Of a stretch of DNA of 64,000 bases, positions 54,316 to 63,398 are shown one piece after another. The translations under genes and the position numbers were made by a program. Source of the DNA: Phycisphaerales bacterium. Its GTDB lineage: Bacteria; Planctomycetota; Phycisphaerae; Phycisphaerales; UBA1924. The stretch covers positions 43,608 to 107,607 of the forward strand of contig JBGAOP010000005.1 of NCBI GenBank assembly GCA_044221735.1, written 5' to 3'. Position 1 is the first letter of the stretch. Each line of letters opens with the position of its first letter. The notes under the pieces were generated by a model. It was not told the DNA's origin. It saw only the letters and a list, made by a program, of their open reading frames with translations, and searched no databases.

Positions 54316-57300
54316 CTAGTGGCAGCCAGCGAGCCAGTCGTTGATGAAGTCGAAGATGTTCTGCACGGCCAGTGGGCCCGAGGTGCCGTTGCCGCCGGTG
54401 TTCGCGAAGATCGAGCCGGCGAGCCAGTCGTTGATGAAGTCAAAGATGTCCTGAACCTCGATGCCGTTGACTTTGTTGTAGTCGGCGTGGCAGCAGCCCG
54501 CGATGGTCGTGCCCGTGCAGGTGCTCGAGGCGGTCTGGAAGAACGCTCCGGCGAGTGTGCCGGTGGTGGTGCAGTTGGCCTGCGTGACGGCTGCGTTGCA
54601 CGTGGCGCCGCGGCAGCAGATGCCCGTGGCCACCGGGCAGGTGTTGACGGTGCAGGTGCCGCCGCTGGTCCACGTGCCCGTGCACAGGGCCTGGGTCGTC
54701 ACGGTGCACGCGCCGGAGATGCAGCACTGGCCGGTGAGCGAGAAGGTGGTGTTCACCGTGAGCCAGCCGCCGCCTGGATTGAGGCCCCACTGGGCGATCA
54801 TGAACTTCACGTTCGCGCCGACGGGCATGTTGACGTTGATGTCGTAGGGCTCGGGATCATCGACGCAGCCGATCTCGGTCAGCGTGCCGCACGCGCCCGT
54901 GAACACGCCCATGACCATGTCGTAGGTGCCGTAGTTGTCGGCCTTGATGTTGAGCACGCCCGCGGCCGGCGCGGTGAAGGTGTACCAGACGGAGTTCTGC
55001 GCGCCCGCGGCGGTCTGGTCGTTGCACGCGCTGATGGGCAGACCCTCGTTGGCCGCGCCGTCGGTGCCGGTGTTGTCGGTGAACGTGGGCGATGTGACGA
55101 CCGTGGCGGTGGAGCAGTCGTCGTTGGGGGGCGTCTGTGCGACGCAGTTGGTGGTGGCGCAGGCCTGATCGCCCGCGTTCCAGACGCCGGTGACGCCGGT
55201 GCAGAATGTCTGGATGGTCACGAAGCACTGCCCGCTGCGCGGGAAGCAGCACGAGCCCGCCGGGCACTGGGTGGCCGGCGCGGCACAGGTCGTGTTCACG
55301 CCGCGGTAGACGGCGGGTGCGGGGCAATCGGCCGCGGCGGCGACGATGAGGCACGCCGCGCCGATGTCGCAGCACGCGCCCAGGCCCGCGGGCTGGGAGA
55401 CAAGGATGGAGAAGTTGCCGGTATCGCCGGCGAAGGCGCCCACGCGGATGAGCACGGGCGTGCCGGCGATGAGGGTGTCGAGGAGCTCGCTGGTGCCGCC
55501 GACCGCCGCCTGCGGGATGCAGTCGATGTCGGTGTCAACAGTGGGATCGCACGTGCCGGTGAAGATCGCCAGGCCCGTGCCGACGTCGGTGGCCGAGGCG
55601 GGCGTGGTCTTGATGCTGTAGTTGCCGGTGGTCGTTGGGGTGAAGGTGTACCAGACGTCGACGGTGGAGCCCGAGCAGGACGTCAGGTCTGTGCCGGTGG
55701 CGGAGTTGACGGTGCCGTTGACGGCCGTGCCGAGGGTGAGCGCGACGGCCGCGGAGCACTGGTCGTTGGGCGGGCCGGGGCAGATGCCCTGGGTGGTGCA
55801 GGCCGAGCCGCCACCGCCATAGGTGCCGCCAGCCGCGGTGCAATCGCCGTCGCTGTTGATGGTGCAGGCAAAGCCGGTGGGGCGGCAGCAGGCGCCTTGG
55901 CAGAGGTTGGGGGTGCAGGTTCCGCCAAGGGTAAAGCTGGCGGCGGGGCAGCCGGTCTGGCCGGTAATGCTGCAGACACCGTTGGCAGCGCAGCACGCGC
56001 CGCGCGGGCAGGCCGTCGGGGTGCAGGTGGTTCCGGGTCCCTGCGAGTCGGTGTACCCCGGCTGGGTGGTGCAGCCCACCGCGGTGGTGGACGCGACGCA
56101 GAGGCCGTTGGTCGGATTGCAGCACGCGATGGTCGTAATCTGCGAGATGGAGATGTTGAACTTCGTCGTGCCCGGAGTGAAGTACGCGACGCGGATGTAG
56201 TAGGAAAGCGATCCGTTGGCCTGGAAGGTCGCCACGCGCGGATTCGAGAAGTCGGTGCAGACCAGCTCACCGCCGACGGCGCCGGGGCATCCCGGGCCGC
56301 CGTCGTACACGGCGATCGAGAGCGGCTGGAGCGTGTAATCACCGGACGTTGCCTGCGGTGTCGCGACGATCTGGAACTGGCCGGTCGACTGCGCGGCCGT
56401 GGCGGTGAAGAGGTACCACACGTCGGTGTCGGCAAAGGTGCACGCGGGAGAGGCGCCGGCGCCGAACGACGGTGTGGCACCCACGATCGTCTGGTCGATC
56501 CGGGTCGGATTGCCGGGGATGGTCAGCTCATAGGCGGAGCCGACTGTGGCGGCGGAGCATTCGTCGTTGCCGGGGGCCGGCAGCTGCGTGCAGGTGATGC
56601 CCGTGCAGGAGGTCGCGCCGGCCTGGAGCACTTGTGTGCCCGGGCACGCGGCCTGGCCCGCGATCACCGAGCACACGCCAGTGGTGTTGTTGCAGCAGGT
56701 GATCGTCGCGCAGGTGGCCGCGCCGCACGTGGTCTGGCCGGCGATGGCGTTGCCGCCGGACGCGGCACAGTTGGCCGTTCCGTCGGCAACGAAGCACACG
56801 GAGCCCGCCGTTGCCGGGAGGCAGCACGCGATCGGGGCCACGGCCGCGATCGGCGTTCCCTTGATGATGACATAGAAGGACGACGCGGCGGGCGTGCACG
56901 GTTGCGGGGCGCACCCGAACGCGAAGGGGCCCGTCTCCGGACCCACCGGGCAATCGGGCTGTGCCGGCACGGGGCCGAGATCGGAGTCATAGACCCAGAA
57001 GAAGTTGCCGTTGGCGTCGGGGCCCGTGGTGATTCGCCAGCCGCCGATGTTGGCGTCGTCGGGACGCATGATCTGCGCGCCGATGGCAAATGTGCCGAAC
57101 GTGGCGGGGCCGGTTCCCTGCAGATACGTCATGTTCAGCGGGATCGCGTTCATGCCGGCGATCGGGTTCACGCCATCGCCGATGGTCACGATCTTCGTGC
57201 TGCTGGCCGCCGCGGTGGGAATCGTCACCGTTCCGATGAGATGCATCGGAGTGTCCACCGCGGTGTCTGGAGCGGTCGTGTTGCTGGTGAGGCTTGCCCA

Positions 57301-57750
57301 GTACAGATTGACATCGACCGGCGCCGCGCCCACGAAGGTGTAGATGCCCACCGTCACCTGGCACACGCTAATCATCTGCGTGGCGGTGCCGTTGACTTGG
57401 AGGCGGGCCACGGGAATCGGCACATCCTCAACAAAGATGTCGGGCTGGGTGCCTGCGCCGTCGGGGCATCCGCCGTAGCCGAAGTTGCCGGTGATATTGC
57501 CGGAAAGCGTGTTCCGGTTGTACAGCGTCACCGAGCCGCGCGGCGTGAAGGGGCCGGGCACCGTCGGCGGCTCGGGAAGTCGCATGAAGGGCGACTCGAC
57601 AAACTGCCGGTGGTGCGCGGGAATCGCCGCGGGCTCGGCCGGGGGTTCGGCCAGAACCGTCGCGGCCATCGATGCGAGGAACAGGGCGGCCAGCGCCGTC
57701 CAGGCGAACCTGCTCTCAGTCCGCCACGCGAAGTTGTTACAACCGCTCAT
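54316..57750 (-). CDS. giant secreted Cys-rich mosaic protein, paralog B (same architecture as paralog A)
   Basis: ATG at 57750 in the same context (ttgaggaggtttcgaATG). Signal-like 'FAWTALAALFLASMAATVLA'. Collinear with paralog A. C-terminus '...IEVQDIFDFINDWLAGSIFANTGGNGTSGPLAVQNIFDFINDWLAGCH*'. Confidence 0.85.
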   Translation of the reverse strand: MSGCNNFAWRTESRFAWTALAALFLASMAATVLAEPPAEPAAIPAHHRQFVESPFMRLPEPPTVPGPFTPRGSVTLYNRNTLSGNITGNFGYGGCPDGAGTQPDIFVEDVPIPVARLQVNGTATQMISVCQVTVGIYTFVGAAPVDVNLYWASLTSNTTAPDTAVDTPMHLIGTVTIPTAAASSTKIVTIGDGVNPIAGMNAIPLNMTYLQGTGPATFGTFAIGAQIMRPDDANIGGWRITTGPDANGNFFWVYDSDLGPVPAQPDCPVGPETGPFAFGCAPQPCTPAASSFYVIIKGTPIAAVAPIACCLPATAGSVCFVADGTANCAASGGNAIAGQTTCGAATCATITCCNNTTGVCSVIAGQAACPGTQVLQAGATSCTGITCTQLPAPGNDECSAATVGSAYELTIPGNPTRIDQTIVGATPSFGAGASPACTFADTDVWYLFTATAAQSTGQFQIVATPQATSGDYTLQPLSIAVYDGGPGCPGAVGGELVCTDFSNPRVATFQANGSLSYYIRVAYFTPGTTKFNISISQITTIACCNPTNGLCVASTTAVGCTTQPGYTDSQGPGTTCTPTACPRGACCAANGVCSITGQTGCPAASFTLGGTCTPNLCQGACCRPTGFACTINSDGDCTAAGGTYGGGGSACTTQGICPGPPNDQCSAAVALTLGTAVNGTVNSATGTDLTSCSGSTVDVWYTFTPTTTGNYSIKTTPASATDVGTGLAIFTGTCDPTVDTDIDCIPQAAVGGTSELLDTLIAGTPVLIRVGAFAGDTGNFSILVSQPAGLGACCDIGAACLIVAAAADCPAPAVYRGVNTTCAAPATQCPAGSCCFPRSGQCFVTIQTFCTGVTGVWNAGDQACATTNCVAQTPPNDDCSTATVVTSPTFTDNTGTDGAANEGLPISACNDQTAAGAQNSVWYTFTAPAAGVLNIKADNYGTYDMVMGVFTGACGTLTEIGCVDDPEPYDINVNMPVGANVKFMIAQWGLNPGGGWLTVNTTFSLTGQCCISGACTVTTQALCTGTWTSGGTCTVNTCPVATGICCRGATCNAAVTQANCTTTGTLAGAFFQTASSTCTGTTIAGCCHADYNKVNGIEVQDIFDFINDWLAGSIFANTGGNGTSGPLAVQNIFDFINDWLAGCH

Positions 57751-58186
57751 TCGAAACCTCCTCAATCGCGCGGCGTGTGCGGCCGCGCTTCCCGCCCCGG
57801 TTGACCGTCTTTTCTCGGTTACTTGGACACCATGACCAACGAACCCGGGCTGACTTTGTGGAGCCGTGCAGACATTGCGCGGATTCCTCGGTGAAATTAC
57901 CACAAACCAAACATTCAGGCAATACCCTTATTTTCAGATTGGTCCAATGCGCAAATTTATCCGTGGTAACCCCGACGGTTGCTATCCGTCCCTCCGGATC
58001 AAGGGGTTGCGAAGTTGGGATGAAACCGAGGCGGCGAACTCCGGGCGCAAATCCCGCCGGAAAGAAGGCTGGGTGAACGATTCGGGCCGCACAGCGCTCG
58101 TGCCGGCGCGAAATCGATTGCAGCCGGCCAGGCTCGCCTTCCAGAAGAACTATGTCGCACCGGGCCTGCCGCGCGGCGGTGTGGGA

Positions 58187-59575
58187 TCAGCAGCCGGCAA
58201 ACCAGCGGTTCAGGAACTCGAAGATGTCCTGAACTTCCAGCACCCCGCTGGCGTCAGCGTCGGCGCTGGACAGGCCCGCGAGCCAGTCGTTGATGAACTG
58301 AAAGATGTCCTCGACTTGGACCCGCCCGTTCTCGTCCTGATCGGCCGCGCAGTACGAGATCGTCGCGACGTACGCAAACGTGAGGCCGGTGGCGATGGTG
58401 GTGGCGGTGCCGGTGATGGTGCGGCCGTCATAAGTGATGGCCGTGGCGGTGTCGAGGCGGACGCCCTCGGGCACGCGGCCGTCGAGCCGATCGGCGAGGC
58501 GAGACATGCCCCAGCGCGGCGTCCAGACGAAGGCCTCGGTCACCCCGCCGGCGGAAAGCGTGCCGGAGGTTTGGCTGTCGCCCACGATAATGGTTCCATC
58601 GGCGCTGACGCCGAAGGCCTCGGAAGTTTGCGCGCCGGATGAAGGGAGCGCGCCGAGCGAGCGCGTGCCAGCGGGCGTCGAACGGAACGCAACAGCCTGC
58701 GGAATCGCGAATCCCAGCGAGGAGTCGGTCAGATCCGGGCTGGTGATGGCGCCGACGATCACGTTCCCGGAAGTGTTTACGCCGCTCGCGATGCCAAAGC
58801 CATCCGGTGCGTGGGCGATCGCGGGGATCTGCACGGTCGTGCCCGCGCCGCCGGTGTTCGTCCACTTGAAGGGCAGGCCGGCCGAGTCGCCGACAATCAC
58901 GATGGCGTTGTACGAAGAGGCCCGTGCGCTGGAGGCGCCGCTGCCCGGGAGCGCAGGGAGCATTGTGAAGCCGGTCCCGCCATTCCAGCGGAAGGCCTGA
59001 CCGACCGCGCTGGTGGCCGTCGTGCTCGAACCGAAGATCGTTCCGCCGTCGCCCGAGATGCCGTAGGCGAAACTGGTGCCGAGATTGCCGGGTGGCGAGC
59101 CCGCGATGCCGAGGGATGAGGGCGTGGACCCGAACCACATGAACGCACGGCTGCGGTTGCCGGTGTTCGCGCCGACCGTCACCGATTGGACGCTGTGGCC
59201 CACGGAGATCGCGCCATCGGCGCAGATGCCCGTGGCGTGCGATGAGAACGCCGCGGCGTTGAGCGCTCCGAACGCGCCGACGCCCCCGCCGAGCAGGTCG
59301 TAGCGAAACCCCTCCTCCAGCGCACCGCCCAGCGTGTTGGCGGAATCCGAATCACCAACGACATACTGCCCAAAGCCCGCGATGAACGCGGCGTTGTTGC
59401 CGCTCGCGCCACCCGTGAGGGTGGGGATCATTGTGAACGAGACCTGGGCCGAGGCGACACTCCCCCATCCACACCCCCCCACTCCCGCGCACGCCATCGC
59501 AACGCCAAGAGCCAGTGCACGAGCACAGGCGCCCGGGCGAGGCCCGAGAAAGAGCGAAGAATCGGCGTGGTGCAC
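58187..59575 (-). CDS. secreted HAF-family extracellular repeat protein with GC-terminated dockerin-like tag
   Basis: GTG start at 59575 with AAGGAG 7 nt upstream. Repeats of the type 'A.G.S.DG..IVG.S......AF.W' ('AYGISGDGGTIFGSS...QAFRW', 'AFGVSADGTIIVGDS...EAFVW'). C-terminus '...VQVEDIFQFINDWLAGLSSADADASGVLEVQDIFEFLNRWFAGC*'. Confidence 0.8.
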   Translation of the reverse strand: MHHADSSLFLGPRPGACARALALGVAMACAGVGGCGWGSVASAQVSFTMIPTLTGGASGNNAAFIAGFGQYVVGDSDSANTLGGALEEGFRYDLLGGGVGAFGALNAAAFSSHATGICADGAISVGHSVQSVTVGANTGNRSRAFMWFGSTPSSLGIAGSPPGNLGTSFAYGISGDGGTIFGSSTTATSAVGQAFRWNGGTGFTMLPALPGSGASSARASSYNAIVIVGDSAGLPFKWTNTGGAGTTVQIPAIAHAPDGFGIASGVNTSGNVIVGAITSPDLTDSSLGFAIPQAVAFRSTPAGTRSLGALPSSGAQTSEAFGVSADGTIIVGDSQTSGTLSAGGVTEAFVWTPRWGMSRLADRLDGRVPEGVRLDTATAITYDGRTITGTATTIATGLTFAYVATISYCAADQDENGRVQVEDIFQFINDWLAGLSSADADASGVLEVQDIFEFLNRWFAGC

Positions 59576-59637
59576 GGCGGGCTCCTTGCAAACGTACCAA
59601 GGCTACAGGCGGGCTCGATCGGCGTTGCGGCTGCCGA

Positions 59638-62600
59638 TCAACACCCGGCAAACCAGGCCGACAGGTAGGAGAAGATATCCGAGACCGCAAGTCCGGGAAT
59701 GCCGTCAAAGTCGGTCGAGGGGTCGCCGGCAAACCAGGCGCCCAGATAATCAAAGATGTCCTGCACGGTGAGACCGCCCACGCCGTTGAAATCAACGCGG
59801 CAGCGGAACTCGGCGGTGATCGTCTCGGCGGTGGAGACGGTGAACGAGCAGGGGCCCGTGCCCGAGCAGGGCCCGCCGCTCCAGCCGATGAACCGGGAGT
59901 TCTGCGCCGCAACAGCCGTGAGCGTGATTGGCGATCCGACGGCGAAGAGCCCGTCGCACGTTGCTCCGCAGTCGATGCCGCCGGGCGAGCTTGTGACCAC
60001 GCCGGTGCCGGAGCCGGTGGTGAGGATCGTGATCGCCACGGGCGGAAGCGGGCACGGGCTGGGCGTGCACGACACGCCGTCGCCCTGGTACGAGCCGGTG
60101 CACGATCCGGGCAGCACGACGGTGCAATCACCGTTGGAGACATTACAGCACGCGCCCGCCATGGAGACCGGGGGCGTGCACGTCGAGATGCTCTGGGGCG
60201 TGATGACCAGCGACCAGGCCCGCGCTGTGCCGGTGCCGCCGGAGACCACATCGGCCACGTTGAGCGTCCACGTGCCGGTGGGGTCCTCGCCGTTGAAGGC
60301 CGAGAGCGGGCTGGCCGGGCTGAAGGTGCCGGTGAAGGGTGCGCTCGACGCGGCGACAGTCTGGATGGACGTTGCGCCTGAATCGTCGAGGACGGTATTG
60401 CACAGGTTGTTGCCGCTGTTGCCGCCCGTCGCGCCGCCGCCGGTCATGCGATTGATGAGCGTGACGGTGGTGCCGAGCGGGCTGGTGAGCTTGACGATCA
60501 GTTGGCCGATGGTGCCGTGGTTGAGGCCGACGGTGGTCGACGTCGACGTCGTCGAGCAACTCGACCCGTCGAAGCGGAAGTTGAGGTCGGCGATCGTGCC
60601 CACGCCCGACACGGGGAGGAGCAGGTTGACGCCGGCGGCGGAGTTGTCGGTGATCGCCGTGGCCGCGCCGGTGTAGGAGATGGTGACGGGCGTGCTCGAG
60701 CTCGTCACGCCGGTGGGAAGCGCCACGGCCAGCGCGGCGGTGGCGCCGATGGTTCCACCCACGCCCTGGTCGCAGGACATGGTCAGGGTGAGGCTGATCG
60801 GGTTGCCGCACGGGTGCGTTGGCGACACGCTGAGCACGTAGTACGAGTCGTTGCTGCCGGTGGCGAGCGCGGCGAGTGTGGGGAAGGACGAGACGCCGGA
60901 CACGACCGTCACGGTGGGCGTGTTGGACGTCAGGGTGCCGCTCACGCCGGTGGCGGAAAGCGAGCCCGAGTTGGTCACGGGAATGGTCAGACGGATCTGG
61001 TTCTCGCCCGGATCGATGCGCCCGTTGGCGTTGCCGTTGCCCACAGTGTCGGCGAGCACGACCGAGCCGCCGAAGGCGAAGTTCACCGCCGGAATCGAGG
61101 GAACGATGGTGAAGTTGGCGTTGGAGATGTCAAAGAAGATGTTGCCCACGGCCTCGACCTTGATGCGGGCGGTGGTGGTGTTGATGTTGGGCAGGACGAT
61201 GTTCGCCGTGCCCGTGTTGGGCGTGCTCGCGGCAAGGACTGTGGGAAAGGTGTTGCCCCCGTCGGTGGACAACGAGATCTTCACGTTTGCGCAGCTCACG
61301 GGCGCGACGTTGGATCCGCCGAGCGCCCAGGTGAGCGTCTGCGGGCCGCTGTACGTTCCGGCGGTGTTGAGGCTGGTAATCTGGAACGGGCCGGTGCCGG
61401 CGATCTGGAGCGTGGTGGTGGCCTGGTTCACGCCGCCCCCGCCGGAGCGATTGTCGCGCACCGTGACGCGCCAGTTCATGGTGGTGCGGGCGACCTGCGG
61501 CAGGAGTTCCCAGGTGTCGGTCGTGTTGGCGAGGATAGTGGAGAGTTGCGGGACGGTACGCGAGGGGCTGGCCGTTCCCGGGCGTGAGCGGTCGATCGGG
61601 CCCGAGCCGGGATCGGTGCCCAGGGGCTGCACACTCGCGCCGTCCTGCTGCTCCCAGCAGTACGTGATCGGGTCGCCGTCGGGGTCTGTGGCCGAGGCCG
61701 TGAGCGTGAAGGGCGTCTTGGAGGGAATGGCGTACGCCGTGAGCGCGCCGATGGTCGGTGCGTTGTTGCCCGTCGCGGTCGTCGCGGCACAGGATGTGCC
61801 ACTCAGGTACGTGTTGATCTGGTTGATGTCGGTGCCGTTGAAGTACGGGTCGTTGTGGGCCTGCACGTTGTACGAGGCCCCACATATCCCGGCGTAGGAC
61901 ATGATGGTCGTGCCCGAGCCCGCCTCGACGAGGTACACGGCGCTGTCGCCGGCCGAGCCGCCGCAGTTGCTCTGCGTGTGGTGGCCGCCGAACTGGTGGC
62001 CAAGCTCGTGCGAGACGTAGTCGATCACGAAGTACGGGTCGTTGGGGTTGGAGTAGCCGCTGTACCCGGCCCCCTTGGTGGAAGCGCAGATGGTTCCGAT
62101 GCCGCCCGCGAGGCCGTTGTTGCCGGCGGTGGTGTAGTGGATGACGTGGCCCACGTCGTAGTTGGCGCTGCCGATCACCGAATCGAGCGCGGTCTGAAGG
62201 TTCGAGTTGGTCGTGCTCGCGTTGTTGGGCGAGGTGAAAGGATCGGTCGCGGAGTCGGTGTAGACGATCGCCGTTTCGTTGGCCACAAGCACGAAGCGGA
62301 CAGTCAGCTCGACCTCGTAGATGCCGTTGAGCTGGTTGGTGATGTTCGTCGCGAGTGTCAGCCCCGCCGCCGCGCCGCCCGCCCACACCGTCGTCTCGCC
62401 CGTGAGCGCCAGCGCGAGCCGGTACTGCCGGCGCGTGGGACCGGTGACGGAGCGCGGCTGGAACGGCGCGGCCTGAACGGCCGGCCCGTTGTCCACCGTG
62501 AGGCAGTTGAACGAGCGATCACGCTTGGGGCCGTCGGCGTGCCGGTACGACATGTGCAGCGATGTGTCGCCGCGCGAATAGGCGTCGATATGCCACATCC

Positions 62601-63102
62601 CCGAGTACGGGCCCGTGTCGCCGGACGTGCGCACCTGGGCCTGGAAGCCCACGGGCGTGAGGCTGCACCGGATGGTCGCGAACGGATCGTCGATGCCCTC
62701 GCCGCGATAGGTGCGTATCTCCGGGTGCGCGGCCGCGAGTGCGGGCTCCATCACCGAGTACTCAACAACCTTGAACCGCTGCCAGTGGCCGTCGGGGTCC
62801 GGCAGGGCGATCACGAGCGGATCGGTCTGGGCCCGACGTGTGTCCTCCAGCGGCGCGCCGGCGAGGACATCCCGCATGGCGCGAACATCGAGCGTCGCGG
62901 GCACACCGTGCGCCGGGCGCACCCATTCCTCGCGCTGGGCCGCGGCCGCGGGCACGCCGTCGAGGATGGACCACGGGCCGACCGCGTCGATCACCTGCTG
63001 CGCGGCGGCGGAAGCGGCCATGAGCGCGACGGCCGCGCCGGTGGTGAGAAGTGAGCGAATCAAGCGCCCGCACGTGCTGTTGTCAATCGAGAGGCTCGTC
63101 AT
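59638..63102 (-). CDS. secreted reprolysin-like (M12B/metzincin) zinc metalloprotease + proprotein-convertase P-domain + six-Cys module + InlB-B-repeat-like domain + GC-terminated dockerin-like tag
   Basis: ATG at 63102 with GAGGA upstream. Signal 'LLTTGAAVALMAASAAAQQ'. Zinc site 'HELGHQFGGHH' with Met-turn 'IMSY'. P-domain end 'GTWTLNVADVVSGGTGTARAWSLVI'. C-terminus '...LTVQDIFDYLGAWFAGDPSTDFDGIPGLAVSDIFSYLSAWFAGC*'. Confidence 0.88.
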   Translation of the reverse strand: MTSLSIDNSTCGRLIRSLLTTGAAVALMAASAAAQQVIDAVGPWSILDGVPAAAAQREEWVRPAHGVPATLDVRAMRDVLAGAPLEDTRRAQTDPLVIALPDPDGHWQRFKVVEYSVMEPALAAAHPEIRTYRGEGIDDPFATIRCSLTPVGFQAQVRTSGDTGPYSGMWHIDAYSRGDTSLHMSYRHADGPKRDRSFNCLTVDNGPAVQAAPFQPRSVTGPTRRQYRLALALTGETTVWAGGAAAGLTLATNITNQLNGIYEVELTVRFVLVANETAIVYTDSATDPFTSPNNASTTNSNLQTALDSVIGSANYDVGHVIHYTTAGNNGLAGGIGTICASTKGAGYSGYSNPNDPYFVIDYVSHELGHQFGGHHTQSNCGGSAGDSAVYLVEAGSGTTIMSYAGICGASYNVQAHNDPYFNGTDINQINTYLSGTSCAATTATGNNAPTIGALTAYAIPSKTPFTLTASATDPDGDPITYCWEQQDGASVQPLGTDPGSGPIDRSRPGTASPSRTVPQLSTILANTTDTWELLPQVARTTMNWRVTVRDNRSGGGGVNQATTTLQIAGTGPFQITSLNTAGTYSGPQTLTWALGGSNVAPVSCANVKISLSTDGGNTFPTVLAASTPNTGTANIVLPNINTTTARIKVEAVGNIFFDISNANFTIVPSIPAVNFAFGGSVVLADTVGNGNANGRIDPGENQIRLTIPVTNSGSLSATGVSGTLTSNTPTVTVVSGVSSFPTLAALATGSNDSYYVLSVSPTHPCGNPISLTLTMSCDQGVGGTIGATAALAVALPTGVTSSSTPVTISYTGAATAITDNSAAGVNLLLPVSGVGTIADLNFRFDGSSCSTTSTSTTVGLNHGTIGQLIVKLTSPLGTTVTLINRMTGGGATGGNSGNNLCNTVLDDSGATSIQTVAASSAPFTGTFSPASPLSAFNGEDPTGTWTLNVADVVSGGTGTARAWSLVITPQSISTCTPPVSMAGACCNVSNGDCTVVLPGSCTGSYQGDGVSCTPSPCPLPPVAITILTTGSGTGVVTSSPGGIDCGATCDGLFAVGSPITLTAVAAQNSRFIGWSGGPCSGTGPCSFTVSTAETITAEFRCRVDFNGVGGLTVQDIFDYLGAWFAGDPSTDFDGIPGLAVSDIFSYLSAWFAGC

Positions 63103-63398
63103 GGAATCCTCGTCTTTCAGGCGTCCCATAACCAGATCGGTGCGACGCCCACCCCTTCGCCCCATGCTCGAACATGCCACGGTGAAGCGTCGGAATGACA
63201 CAATCACCCAAGATGCACGCGAAGTGACGCGGCACCAACAACTCGCATCCAGAAACGGATGGAATGCTCCACGATACGAGTTGCGCGGATTGAGTGTTCC
63301 GAGGACATGAAGCGGAGCAGCGGCCCGCTAATGGCCACGTATGGCCGAGGAACTTAGGCGGATTGCCCATCTCGCCGCGTGCGCGCGAGCGCCAGGGT

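Noticed and set aside
50433-57804. Very long + strand ORFs (50433..54206, 1257 aa; 54019..57804, 1261 aa) opposite the two giant Cys-rich genes
   Set aside because: Their translations are Gly/Ala/Arg/Asp-rich low-complexity sequence with no motifs. The minus-strand frames have signal peptides, SD-preceded ATGs, ordered domains and the dockerin-like tag. These are classic high-GC shadow ORFs.
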